Assembly: GCA_036149055.1 (NCBI GenBank)
Contig: JAYZQJ010000219.1
Span: 1-41,639, forward strand
Reading direction: 5' to 3'
Length of the DNA: 41,639 nt
Source of the DNA: Myxococcota bacterium
GTDB taxonomy: Bacteria; Myxococcota_A; Polyangia; Polyangiales; Sandaracinaceae
The notes beneath the pieces are model-generated. The model had not been told where the DNA came from, did no database searches, and saw only the letters and a list, made by a program, of their open reading frames with translations. Within the stretch, counting starts at the first letter, position 1, and each line of letters opens with the position of its first letter. Below are positions 30,560 to 39,489 of the stretch, piece by piece. The translations under genes were made by a program, and so were the position numbers.

Positions 30560-31789
30560 TCAGCCGGCCCGCTCGAGCATGGCCTGAAGAAGGACCTGGC
30601 AGCCGGCGGCGCAGTCCTCCTTGGTCGCGGCCTCGATCTCGTTGTGGCTGATGCCGTCCTCGCACGGGATGAAGACCATCGCCGTCGGCGCGACCCGGGC
30701 GATGTAGCAGGCGTCGTGGCCGGCGCCGGAGACGATGTCCCGGTGAGAGAAGCCGTTCGCCTCGGCCGCCTTGCGCACCGCGGCGACGCACTCGGCGTCG
30801 AACGGCACCGGCGGCGAGTACCAGATCTCCTCGAGGGCGACCTCGAGCCGGAGCTGCTCGGCGGTCTTCGCGATCACCGCGCGCACCTCGCGGTCCATGC
30901 GCGACAGCGTCTCGTCGTCCGGGTGCCGGAGATCGATGGCGAAGAACACCTTGCCCGGGATGGTGTTGCGCGAGTTCGGGGTGACCTGCACCAGGCCCAC
31001 CGTCGCGCAGGCGAGGGGCGCGTGCTCGAGCCCGATGCGGTTGACCGCGTCGATCACGCGCGCGGCGCCGACCAGCGCGTCCCGGCGGGTCTTCATCGGG
31101 GTCGGGCCCGCGTGCGCCTCCTGGCCGGTGAACGTGCACTCGTACCAGCGCTGGCCCTGCGCGTCGGTCACCACGCCGATGGTGCGCTCCTCCGCCTCCA
31201 GGATCGGCCCCTGCTCGATGTGGGCCTCGAAGAACGCGCGCACCGGCTTGCCGACCGGCGCCTCGCCCGCGTAGCCGATCCGCGCGAGCTCCTCCCCGAT
31301 GGTCTTGCCCTCGAGATCGGCGCGGCTCAGCCCGTACTCGAGGTCGAACACGCCGGCGAAGACGCCGCTCGAGACCATGGCCGGCGGGAACCGCGAGCCC
31401 TCCTCGTTGGTCCAGGCCGAGACCTCGATCGCCGCTTCCGTCTCGACGCCCGCGTCGTTCAGGGCCCGGATCACCTCGAGCCCCGAGAGCACGCCGTAGA
31501 TCCCGTCGAACTTGCCGCCGGTGGGCTGGCTGTCGATGTGGCTCCCGGTCATCACCGGCGGCAGGTCCGGGTTCTTGCCCTCCCGGCGGCCGAAGATGTT
31601 GCCCATGCGGTCGATGGTCACCGCGCAGCCCGCCTCCTCGCACCACCGCACGAAGAGGTCCCGGGCCGCCTTGTCGACGTCGGTCAGGGCGAGCCGGCAG
31701 ACGCCGCCCTTCTCGGTCGCGCCGATCTCGGCCATCTCCATCAGGCTGTTCCAGAGCCGGTCCCCGTCGATTCGGATGTCGCTGGTCAT
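30560..31789 (-). CDS. Zn-dependent N-carbamoyl-amino acid amidohydrolase (beta-ureidopropionase/HyuC, M20 family)
   Basis: GSHIDSQPTGGKFDG, WTNEEGSRF, EAHIEQGPILE, HAGPTPM, SGAGHDA and GISHNEIE motifs. Confidence 0.92.
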   Translation of the reverse strand: MTSDIRIDGDRLWNSLMEMAEIGATEKGGVCRLALTDVDKAARDLFVRWCEEAGCAVTIDRMGNIFGRREGKNPDLPPVMTGSHIDSQPTGGKFDGIYGVLSGLEVIRALNDAGVETEAAIEVSAWTNEEGSRFPPAMVSSGVFAGVFDLEYGLSRADLEGKTIGEELARIGYAGEAPVGKPVRAFFEAHIEQGPILEAEERTIGVVTDAQGQRWYECTFTGQEAHAGPTPMKTRRDALVGAARVIDAVNRIGLEHAPLACATVGLVQVTPNSRNTIPGKVFFAIDLRHPDDETLSRMDREVRAVIAKTAEQLRLEVALEEIWYSPPVPFDAECVAAVRKAAEANGFSHRDIVSGAGHDACYIARVAPTAMVFIPCEDGISHNEIEAATKEDCAAGCQVLLQAMLERAG

Positions 31790-31839
31790 CCCGGCAGCGT
31801 ACCCGAATCGGGCCCCCAGCAGTTTCCCGAGCATTCCGA

Positions 31840-31869
31840 TTGACAATAGCGGGAACCTCCACCAAGACT
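31840..31869 (+). promoter_or_regulatory. putative sigma-70 promoter of cysH
   Basis: Perfect TTGACA at 31840 with an 18-nt spacer to AAGACT; flanked by TTCCCG/CGGGAA inverted arms. Confidence 0.45.
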
Positions 31870-31886
31870 GCTCTCACGGCGAGGAC

Positions 31887-32648
31887 ATGGAAGCACTGAA
31901 GCTGGTCCGCCCGGGTGAGGGGCTCGATCTCGACGCGGTGAACGCCTCGCTGGAGGGCGCGAGCGCCGAGGACGTCATCCGCTGGGCCTCGCAGTCGTTC
32001 GGCGAGCGGCTGGTCATGACGTCGAGCTTCGGCGCGCACTCGGCGCTGATGCTGCACCTCGTGTCCCGGGTCGTGCCGGAGATCCCGGTGATCTTCCTCG
32101 ACACCGGCTACCTCTTCCCCGAGACCTATCAGTTCGCCGAGCAGCTCCGGACCCGCTTCGGGCTGCGGCTCGAGGTCTTCTCGCCCCGCATGACGGCGGC
32201 CCGTCAGGAGGCCCTCTACGGGCGGCTCTTCGACGGCGACGAGGAGGAGCTCCGCCGCTACCAGGAGCTCAACAAGATCGAGCCCATGCAGCGGGCGCTC
32301 CGGGAGCTGGACGCGGGGGCCTGGATCGCGGGCCTGCGCGGCCAGCAGACCGAGTTCCGCTCCGGCCTGCGCAAGGTCGAGGTCCAGGACGGCGTCTACA
32401 AGGTCCACCCGATCCTGGAGTGGTCGAAGGACGACGTCGCCGCCTACTTCGAGACGCACGACCTGCCCTTCCACCCCCTCTATCCGTGGGGCTACCGGTC
32501 GATCGGCGACGTGCACTCCACCGTGCCGGTCGACCCGAACAGCGACGACGATCGCTCGGGCCGGCTCCTCGGCGAGAAGCGCGAGTGCGGCATCCACTTG
32601 CCCAGCTCCCCCGAAGAAGACGCGAGCCGCCGCTCCTCGGGCCTGTGA
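31887..32648 (+). CDS. cysH: phosphoadenylyl-sulfate (PAPS) reductase
   Basis: TSSFG, FLDTGYLFPETY, NKIEPM, GLR..Q, HPL...GYRSIGD and C-terminal ECGIH; GAGGA RBS. Confidence 0.94.
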   Translation: MEALKLVRPGEGLDLDAVNASLEGASAEDVIRWASQSFGERLVMTSSFGAHSALMLHLVSRVVPEIPVIFLDTGYLFPETYQFAEQLRTRFGLRLEVFSPRMTAARQEALYGRLFDGDEEELRRYQELNKIEPMQRALRELDAGAWIAGLRGQQTEFRSGLRKVEVQDGVYKVHPILEWSKDDVAAYFETHDLPFHPLYPWGYRSIGDVHSTVPVDPNSDDDRSGRLLGEKRECGIHLPSSPEEDASRRSSGL

Positions 32649-32658
32649 TGATGCGGGC

Positions 32659-33639
32659 GTGACGCCCCTCGTCTCCGTCATCCTCCCCTACCGCGACGCC
32701 GGCGAGACCGTCGCCCGCGCCATCGACGGCGTGCTCGACGGCGACGTCGAGGTGCTGGCGATCGACGACGGCAGCCGCGACGACGGCCCGGCCCGGGTCG
32801 CGGCGATCGACGACCCGCGGGTGCGCCGGCTCTCGACCGGCGGCGCCGGCCTGGTGGCCGCGCTCGAGCGGGGACGCGCGGAGGCCCGCGGCCGGTGGAT
32901 CGCGCGCATGGACGCCGACGACGTCAGCCGACCGGGCCGCTTCGCCGCCCAGGTCGCGGCGCTCGAGGCCGATCCCCGCCTGGCCGCCGTCGGGGCGCGG
33001 GTGACCTGCCCCGGCGCGGGCGAGGGGCTGCGCGCCTACGTCGCCTGGCAGAACGCGCTGCTGAGCCCGGCGGAGCACGCCCGCGACCTCTTCGTGGAGG
33101 CGCCGCTCTGCCATCCGTCGGTCACCCTGCGCCGCGAGGCCCTCGACGCGGTCGGCGGCTGGCGCGATCCGGGCTGGCCCGAGGACTACGATCTCTGGCT
33201 CCGGCTCGACGCCGCCGGCTGGCGCCTCGCGAAGGTGCCGGAGCCGCTGCTCGAGTGGCACCACACCGAAGGCCGGGCGACCTTCACCCACCCGCGCTAC
33301 GCGCCCGCCCGCCTCCGCGAGGCCCGCGCCGCCTTCCTCGCGCCGCGGCTCACCGGCCGCCCCTTCGCCATCTGGGGCGCCGGCCGCACCGGCAAGCGCC
33401 TGGCCCGGGCCCTCGAGGCCCACGGGGTTTGCCCGGAGGCCTGGATCGACATCGACCCGGCCAAGATCGGGCGCCGCGCGCGGGGCGCCCCGATCCTCGG
33501 CCCCGACGCGGCCGAGTCCTCGCTCGCCGGCACATTCCTCGTGGTCGCCGTCGGCGCCCGCGGCGCCCGGGACGAGGTCCGCGCCCGTCTCACCCGGCTC
33601 GGACTCGAAGAGATGGCGCACTTTCGGTGCGCGGCCTGA
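32659..33639 (+). CDS. family 2 glycosyltransferase with C-terminal Rossmann-like domain
   Basis: VSVILP, IDDGSRD, ARMDADD, HPSV and EDYDLWLR motifs; C-terminal IWGAGRTGK..IDIDP.KIG. Confidence 0.9.
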   Translation: MTPLVSVILPYRDAGETVARAIDGVLDGDVEVLAIDDGSRDDGPARVAAIDDPRVRRLSTGGAGLVAALERGRAEARGRWIARMDADDVSRPGRFAAQVAALEADPRLAAVGARVTCPGAGEGLRAYVAWQNALLSPAEHARDLFVEAPLCHPSVTLRREALDAVGGWRDPGWPEDYDLWLRLDAAGWRLAKVPEPLLEWHHTEGRATFTHPRYAPARLREARAAFLAPRLTGRPFAIWGAGRTGKRLARALEAHGVCPEAWIDIDPAKIGRRARGAPILGPDAAESSLAGTFLVVAVGARGARDEVRARLTRLGLEEMAHFRCAA

Positions 33640-33682
33640 GCGGGGGCTTTCGCCAGGCGCCGCGGAATCCTACGCTCCGCCG

Positions 33683-35284
33683 GTGAGCCGTCGACTGAGC
33701 CACTGGGGCTGGGGATACGAGGACCGCTTCCCCGACCGCGAGACCCGCAGACTGTTCGCGCAGCAGCTCCAGATGCTGGCGCAGTTCCCCGAGGCGGTGG
33801 ACCCGCGCGACCCGGTCCCGCTGGAGGAGGCGCGCGTCCCGGCGCCGCGGGTCGAGGCGCCCGAGGCGCTCGCCGAGCTCGCCTCGACCACCATCCGGGA
33901 CCGGGCCACCCGCGCACACGGGCGGGCCTATCGCGACATCGTGCGCGGCTTCCACGGCGACTTCGAGAGCGCCCCCGACCTCGTGCTGAAACCGACCACC
34001 GAGGAGCACGTGCGCGTCGCGCTCGACTGGGCCTCGGAGGCGGGCGTCGCGGTCGTGCCCTACGGCGGCGGCACCTCGGTCGTCGGCGGCGTCGAGGTGG
34101 AGAGCCGCGACCGGCCGGTCGCCTGCCTGGATCTCCGGGGCATGGACGAGGTGCTGGAGCTCGACCCGGTCTCCCGCGCCGCGCGCATCCAGGCGGGCGC
34201 CACCGGGCCGCGGCTCGAGGCCCAGCTCAAGGCGGACGGCCACACGCTGCGCTTCTTCCCGCAGAGCTTCGAGCTGTCGACCCTCGGCGGCTGGATCGCG
34301 ACCCGCGCCGGCGGACACTTCGCGACCCGCGACACCCACATCGACGACCTCGTCGAGTCGACGCGAATGATCACCCCGCGCGGCACCCTGGAGACGCGCC
34401 GGCTCCCCGCCTCGGGCGCGGGCCCCAGCCCCGACCGCCTGGTGCTCGGCTCCGAGGGCACGCTGGGCGTGATCACCGAGGCCTGGGTGCGCGTGCGCCC
34501 GCGGCCGGTCTGGCGGGGGAGCGCCTCGGTGCGCTTCACGGCCTGGAAGGACGCCGTCCGCGCCACCCGCGCCGTCGCCCAGAGCGGGCTCTTCCCGGCG
34601 AACTGCCGGCTCCTCGACAAGCGCGAGGCGCTCCTGAACCGGGTCGCGACCGACGGCACCCACGTGCTGCTGCTCGGCTTCGAGTCGGCCGAGCACGACG
34701 TCGAGGGCGACATGCAGCGGGCCCTCGAGATCGCGCTCGGCTGTGGCGGCACGTGCAAGGACGGCCCCGCCTACCGGGTGAAGAAGCCGACCGAGCCCGC
34801 CGGCCGCGACGAGGCGGCCCAGCGCTGGCGCACCGCGTTCCTCGACGCCCCCTACATCGTCAACTCGATGGTCAGCCTCGGCGTGATCGCCGACACCTTC
34901 GAGACCGCCTGCACCTGGGATCAGCTCGAGGCGATGCACGCCGCGATCGTGCACGACGTGCGAGACGCCATGAAGCGCGTCGCGGGCGCCGGCATGCTCA
35001 GCTGCCGCTTCACCCACGTCTACCCCGACGGCGCCGCCCCCTACTTCACCTTCATCGCCCCGGCGAAGCGCGGCTCCGAGCTGTCGCAGTGGGTCGAGAT
35101 CAAGGCGGCCGCGAGCGACGCCATCCTGAAGCACGGCGGCACGATCACCCACCATCACGCGGTCGGGCGCATGCATCGTCCGTGGGCGCGCGAGCAGCGC
35201 CCCGCGCTCTTCGGCGAGGCGCTCCAGGCGGTGAAGGATCGGTGGGACCCCGCGGGGATCCTCAACCCGGGCGCGCTGATCTAG
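33683..35284 (+). CDS. FAD-linked oxidoreductase, alkyl-DHAP synthase-like
   Basis: PYGGGTSVVGG, FPQSFELSTLGGWIATR, GSEGTLGVIT, THVYPDGA and TITHHHAVG motifs. Confidence 0.88.
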   Translation: MSRRLSHWGWGYEDRFPDRETRRLFAQQLQMLAQFPEAVDPRDPVPLEEARVPAPRVEAPEALAELASTTIRDRATRAHGRAYRDIVRGFHGDFESAPDLVLKPTTEEHVRVALDWASEAGVAVVPYGGGTSVVGGVEVESRDRPVACLDLRGMDEVLELDPVSRAARIQAGATGPRLEAQLKADGHTLRFFPQSFELSTLGGWIATRAGGHFATRDTHIDDLVESTRMITPRGTLETRRLPASGAGPSPDRLVLGSEGTLGVITEAWVRVRPRPVWRGSASVRFTAWKDAVRATRAVAQSGLFPANCRLLDKREALLNRVATDGTHVLLLGFESAEHDVEGDMQRALEIALGCGGTCKDGPAYRVKKPTEPAGRDEAAQRWRTAFLDAPYIVNSMVSLGVIADTFETACTWDQLEAMHAAIVHDVRDAMKRVAGAGMLSCRFTHVYPDGAAPYFTFIAPAKRGSELSQWVEIKAAASDAILKHGGTITHHHAVGRMHRPWAREQRPALFGEALQAVKDRWDPAGILNPGALI

Positions 35285-35541
35285 ATCGCCAGCGCCGCGA
35301 GCGCGGCGCGCTCGCCTTTGCGGAGGCTGAGCATGCGGAGGCGCACGTCGAAGCGGTCGTCCTCCCGGCGCTTGCTGCCGAGCGACTTGCCCCGGAGCGA
35401 CAGGGTGTCCCCGCCGAGCGTCAGCTGAAGATCGGTGGGCTTGCCCGGCGCGAACGCGCGGTCGAGCACCACGTGCAGGACGCCGCCCTCGAAGCGGAGC
35501 GCCTCCCCCGAGGCCTCGCCGGCCTTCAGCGGGGCGCTCAC
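35281..35541 (-). CDS. small hypothetical protein, PilZ-like beta-barrel possible
   Basis: GTGA coupling to the smpB stop; 86 aa of beta strands followed by a C-terminal helix. Confidence 0.6.
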   Translation of the reverse strand: MSAPLKAGEASGEALRFEGGVLHVVLDRAFAPGKPTDLQLTLGGDTLSLRGKSLGSKRREDDRFDVRLRMLSLRKGERAALAALAI

Positions 35542-36020
35542 CGGTCCCTCCGCGCCGCGTCGCGCGCGTCGCGCAGGTCCTGCTTCGCCTTCAGGTCGTC
35601 GCGCTTGTCGGCGACCTTGCGGCCCTTGCCGAGGCCCAGCTCCACCTTGGCGTAGCCGTCCTTGAAGTAGACCGAGAGCGGCACGATCGTGTAGCCGCGC
35701 GTCGTCAGGCGGCCTTGCCACTTCTCGATCTGGGCGCGCTTCATCAGCAGCTTCCGCACCCGGCGCGGCTCGTGCTGGAAGAAGGGCCCGGCCTGCTCGT
35801 AGGGGGCGATGTGCATCTTGTGCAGGAAGACCTCGCCGTCGGTGATCGTGGCGAAGGCGCCGTCGAGATCGGCGCGCCGCTGGCGCATGCTCTTCACCTC
35901 GGAACCGAGCAGCACCATGCCGGCCTCGAGCCGCTCCTCGATGACGTACGTCTTGGTCGCCTTCGGGTTGCGACAGACGAGCAGCTCACCGGGCGCGTCC
36001 TTCTTGTTCTTCTTGCCCAT
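35538..36020 (-). CDS. smpB: SsrA-binding protein
   Basis: NPKA..Y...EAGMVLLGSEVKS, HIAPY, RKLL and GYTIVPL..YFK..AKVELGLGKG motifs. Confidence 0.96.
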   Translation of the reverse strand: MGKKNKKDAPGELLVCRNPKATKTYVIEERLEAGMVLLGSEVKSMRQRRADLDGAFATITDGEVFLHKMHIAPYEQAGPFFQHEPRRVRKLLMKRAQIEKWQGRLTTRGYTIVPLSVYFKDGYAKVELGLGKGRKVADKRDDLKAKQDLRDARDAARRDR

Positions 36021-36936
36021 CGCAGGAGCCGCTGGGTGTAGCACACGCGGCGTCCGGGGCTCGCCAGCCGGCGGCGATCGCGCCCCGGATCTCGGCCGCG
36101 CGCGCCGCCTCGGCCTCCGAGAGCACCATGCCGGCGAGGGCCGCGTCGAAGCGCTCCACCTGCGCGCTCATCGCCGCGCCCGCCAGGTGCGCGAGCGCCG
36201 CCAGCTCCACCCCGAGCCGCGCGGCCTGCGGCACGTCCAGCTCCGCGCGCGCCCGCTCGAGCGCGGCGAGCCTCGGCGCGAGCTCCGCGTCCCGATGGGT
36301 GGCCGGCAGCCCGTCCGGCCGCCATCCCTCCGAGGAGAGCACGAGCGGCGCCTCCACCGCGGGGACCTCGCCCTCCATCGCGAGCTCCGGCCAGCGGAGC
36401 GCGACCACCGCCTCGAGCTCGCCGTCGCCGTCGACGTCCACCAGCTCCGACGCGCAGGCGCCGGTGGCGAGCGCGTCGCCCGCGATCGGGAGCGAGGCCG
36501 CCCTCCCCTCCTCGTCCACCCGCACGACCGCGAGGCAGCGGGGCGCGTCCGCCTCCTCCCGGGCGATCAGGAGATCCGGCCTCCCGTCTCCGTCGAGGTC
36601 CTCGCGGGGCGGCTCGGGGAGCGACACCAGGCCGTGCCGGATCCGCAGCCCGTCCAGCTCGTGGGAGTCGAGCGCGAGCACCACCCCGCGGCGCGTGACC
36701 AGCCGGATCGCGCGCTGCTCGTCGCGGGTGAAGGCCAGCGCCACGAAGTCCGGCGCCTCCCGCCGCGTCGCCAGCGACCAGCCCGCGTCCGTCAACGCGC
36801 GCTCGATCGCCTCCGCCTCGGCCCGCGGGTCGACCCCCACCCGCACCCAGTCCTCGAGGCGGAGCGAGCGCGAGCCCCCGCCGCAGCCGAGCGAACAGAG
36901 CGCGACGCAGACGATGCTGGCGCCCCATCGGGTCAC
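35986..36936 (-). CDS. hypothetical lipoprotein with DxDGDG (FG-GAP-like) Ca-binding motifs
   Basis: Lipobox-like SLGC; DLDGDGRPDL and DVDGDGELE. Confidence 0.65.
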   Translation of the reverse strand: MTRWGASIVCVALCSLGCGGGSRSLRLEDWVRVGVDPRAEAEAIERALTDAGWSLATRREAPDFVALAFTRDEQRAIRLVTRRGVVLALDSHELDGLRIRHGLVSLPEPPREDLDGDGRPDLLIAREEADAPRCLAVVRVDEEGRAASLPIAGDALATGACASELVDVDGDGELEAVVALRWPELAMEGEVPAVEAPLVLSSEGWRPDGLPATHRDAELAPRLAALERARAELDVPQAARLGVELAALAHLAGAAMSAQVERFDAALAGMVLSEAEAARAAEIRGAIAAGWRAPDAACATPSGSCDGQEEQEGRAR

Positions 36937-36992
36937 CTCGCCGGTGTGGCACGAAAGCCGTGTCGGTACCAAGGTAGGCTCGTGGTGGAGTG

Positions 36993-39392
36993 ATGGGGGA
37001 CTCACCGAGCGGGCAGTCCGCGCACGCGGCGACGGCGCGGCCCCTCGTCGCCTCGCTGACGCTCGCGCTCGCGTACGCCGTGGTGACCGGCGGATCGCTC
37101 GCCGCGCTCACCCAGCTCGGCACCCCCGCGCCGCTGTGGCCGGCCACCGGCCTCGGGTTCGCCGCGCTCGCGATGCGTCCGCGCGCGGAGTGGCGCTGGC
37201 TGCTGCTCGGGATCTTCGCGGGCGCGGCGAGCTCGAACCTGCTGTTCGCCTACCCACCGGCGCAGGCGTTCGGCCTGGCGGCCGTGAACGCGGTCGAGCC
37301 CCTCGTCGGCGTGCTGCTGTGGCGTCGCCTTCGGAGCGCGCCGCTCCCCACCCTCTCCACGCGAGGCGTGCTCGCGCTCGTCGGAGCGGCCGCGGTGGGC
37401 GCGGCGGTGGGCGCCGCGCTGGGGGTTCCGCTGCTCTGGCCGGTGGTGCGGGCGCCGGTCCTGCCGATGCTCACCCACTGGTTCGTCGACGATCTGCTCG
37501 GCGTGCTCGTCGTCGGCCCGGCGCTCATCGCGTGGTGGCCGGGGGGCGGCGCCGCGCTCACCCGACGCCTCGAGCTCGCCGCGATCCTCGCGTTGCTCGC
37601 CGTCCTGGGGCTCTCCGTGGTGACGCGCGCGACCGACCTGCTCGGCCTCTCCCTCCTCTACCTCACCGTCCCGCTGCTGGTCTGGGCCGCGCTGCGGACC
37701 GGCCCTCGAGGCGCCACCGCCGCCTGCCTGGCGCTCTCCGGCGTGGCCGCCTGGGGGACCCTCACCGGCGCGGGCCCGCTCGCGGCCGTGCCGCTCGGGG
37801 AGCGCGCGGTCGCGGTGCAGGTCTTCCTCTTCCTGAACCTCCTGCCCGTCTACGCGCTCATGGGCGTGGTCACGACCCGCGACGCGCTCCACCGGGCGCT
37901 GGCGGAGCGGGAGCGGCAGTACGCCCGTATCCTCGAGGCCACCCATGAGGGGGTCTGGGAGATCGACACCGCCGGCGACACGCTCTACGTGAACGAGCGC
38001 ATGGCCGAGATGCTCGGCTGCTCCCCCGCGGAGGTCGTCGGCCGCTCGGTCTTCGAGCTGGTGCACGAGGCCGACCGGGAGGCGCTGCGCGAGCGCCTGG
38101 CCTCCCCCGAGCCCTCCGCGGACTACGCGCTGCGCCTCCGACCGAGGAGAGGGGCGCCGCTCGCAGTGGAGGTGACCGCCGACGCCATCGAGGCGCCCAC
38201 GGGCGAGCGCCGCGGCGCGGTCGCCCTCGTGCGCGACGTGAGCGAGCAGCGCGCCCTCCGGGCCCAGCTCGAGCAGGCGCAGAAGCTCGAGGCGATCGGC
38301 ATGCTCGCGAGCGGGATCGCCCACGACTTCAACAACCTACTGACCTCGATCCTCGCCTACTCGGACATGCTCGTCTCGAGCCTCCCGGAGGGCTCCGAGG
38401 AGGCGGACTTCGCCGCACAGATCCTCGACGCCGCCGAGCGCGGCAGCGACCTGACGTCGCGGGTCCTCGCCTTCAGCCGCAAGCAGGTCCTCTCGCTCGC
38501 GCCCGTCGACCTCGCCCTCCAGGTGGAGCGCAGCGTGTCGGTCGCGCGGCGGCTCGTCGGCGAGCACGTCGCGCTGGATGTTCGACTCCCCGCGGAGCCG
38601 GTGCCGGTCGAGGCCGACCCCGGCCAGCTCGATCAGGTCGTCCTCAACTTGCTCGTCAACGCGCGCGACGCGATGCCCGACGGCGGTCGGGTGGAGCTGT
38701 CGGTCGACGTCGAGGCCAACGTCGCGCGGCTCCGGGTGCGGGACGAGGGCTGCGGCATCACGGAGGAGAACCTCGCGCACATCTTCGAGCCCTTCTTCAC
38801 CACCAAGGAGGTCGGCTTCGGCACGGGGCTCGGCCTCGCGACCTGCCTCGGGATCGTCGAGCAACACGGCGGCGCGATCCGGGTCGCGTCCGAGGTGGGC
38901 GTCGGCACGACCTTCGAGATCGGGCTGCCCCTCCGCCGAGACCTCGCCCCCACCGCGGACCGCGCGCGCCACGAGGACGAGCGCTCGGCCCTCCGAGCGC
39001 GCGACGGTGAGACGCTCCTGCTGGTGGAGGACGACCCTCAGATCTTCCGAATGGCCCACAAGATCTTGTCGAACGCGGGCTTCGTGGTGCTCGGTCGCAC
39101 CTCCCCCGTGGGCGCGCTCGAGCTCATGCGCGAGCGGCCCACGCCGGTCGATCTCCTCGTCTCCGATGTCGTGATGCCGGAGATGTCGGGTCCCGAGCTC
39201 TACGCGGAGCTGCGCCTCGCCCAGCCCGACCTGCGCGCGCTCTTCGTCTCCGGCTACCCAAAGGACTTCCTCGGCGCCGGGGGCCGCGTCACCGAGAGCG
39301 TCGAGCTCTTGCTCAAGCCGTTCACCCCGGTGGACCTCTTGCGCCGTGTGAGGGCGATGCTCGACGCCAGCCGCCGCCCCCCGGCGGCCTGA
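36993..39392 (+). CDS. hybrid sensor histidine kinase (MASE1-PAS-HisKA-HATPase-REC)
   Basis: LWPATG membrane domain; PAS YVNERMAEMLG; AHDFNNLL; NARDAM; FEPFFTTK.GTGLGL; REC LVEDD..SDVVMP..KPF. Confidence 0.93.
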   Translation: MGDSPSGQSAHAATARPLVASLTLALAYAVVTGGSLAALTQLGTPAPLWPATGLGFAALAMRPRAEWRWLLLGIFAGAASSNLLFAYPPAQAFGLAAVNAVEPLVGVLLWRRLRSAPLPTLSTRGVLALVGAAAVGAAVGAALGVPLLWPVVRAPVLPMLTHWFVDDLLGVLVVGPALIAWWPGGGAALTRRLELAAILALLAVLGLSVVTRATDLLGLSLLYLTVPLLVWAALRTGPRGATAACLALSGVAAWGTLTGAGPLAAVPLGERAVAVQVFLFLNLLPVYALMGVVTTRDALHRALAERERQYARILEATHEGVWEIDTAGDTLYVNERMAEMLGCSPAEVVGRSVFELVHEADREALRERLASPEPSADYALRLRPRRGAPLAVEVTADAIEAPTGERRGAVALVRDVSEQRALRAQLEQAQKLEAIGMLASGIAHDFNNLLTSILAYSDMLVSSLPEGSEEADFAAQILDAAERGSDLTSRVLAFSRKQVLSLAPVDLALQVERSVSVARRLVGEHVALDVRLPAEPVPVEADPGQLDQVVLNLLVNARDAMPDGGRVELSVDVEANVARLRVRDEGCGITEENLAHIFEPFFTTKEVGFGTGLGLATCLGIVEQHGGAIRVASEVGVGTTFEIGLPLRRDLAPTADRARHEDERSALRARDGETLLLVEDDPQIFRMAHKILSNAGFVVLGRTSPVGALELMRERPTPVDLLVSDVVMPEMSGPELYAELRLAQPDLRALFVSGYPKDFLGAGGRVTESVELLLKPFTPVDLLRRVRAMLDASRRPPAA

Positions 39393-39489
39393 GCCCGCCG
39401 AGAGATCGCGGCGCGAGGAAACCAGCGTCCCTGAGGACCGAAGAGTCGGCAGCGCCCGCGCGTCGCGCGCGCTCGGAGAGGAGCCCTGC

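Noticed and set aside
31887..35284. cysH-GT2-AGPS-like genes as a sulfo/glyco-ether-lipid pathway
   Set aside because: CysH is reductive and there is no sulfotransferase or acyltransferase; the FAD gene appears to have its own -10 box
35281..36100. tmRNA (ssrA) next to smpB
   Set aside because: The flanks are fully coding and no tRNA-like ends were seen
36947..36962. TGGCACG as a sigma-54 promoter upstream of the histidine kinase
   Set aside because: No GC at the -12 position (TGGCACGAAAGCCGTG)
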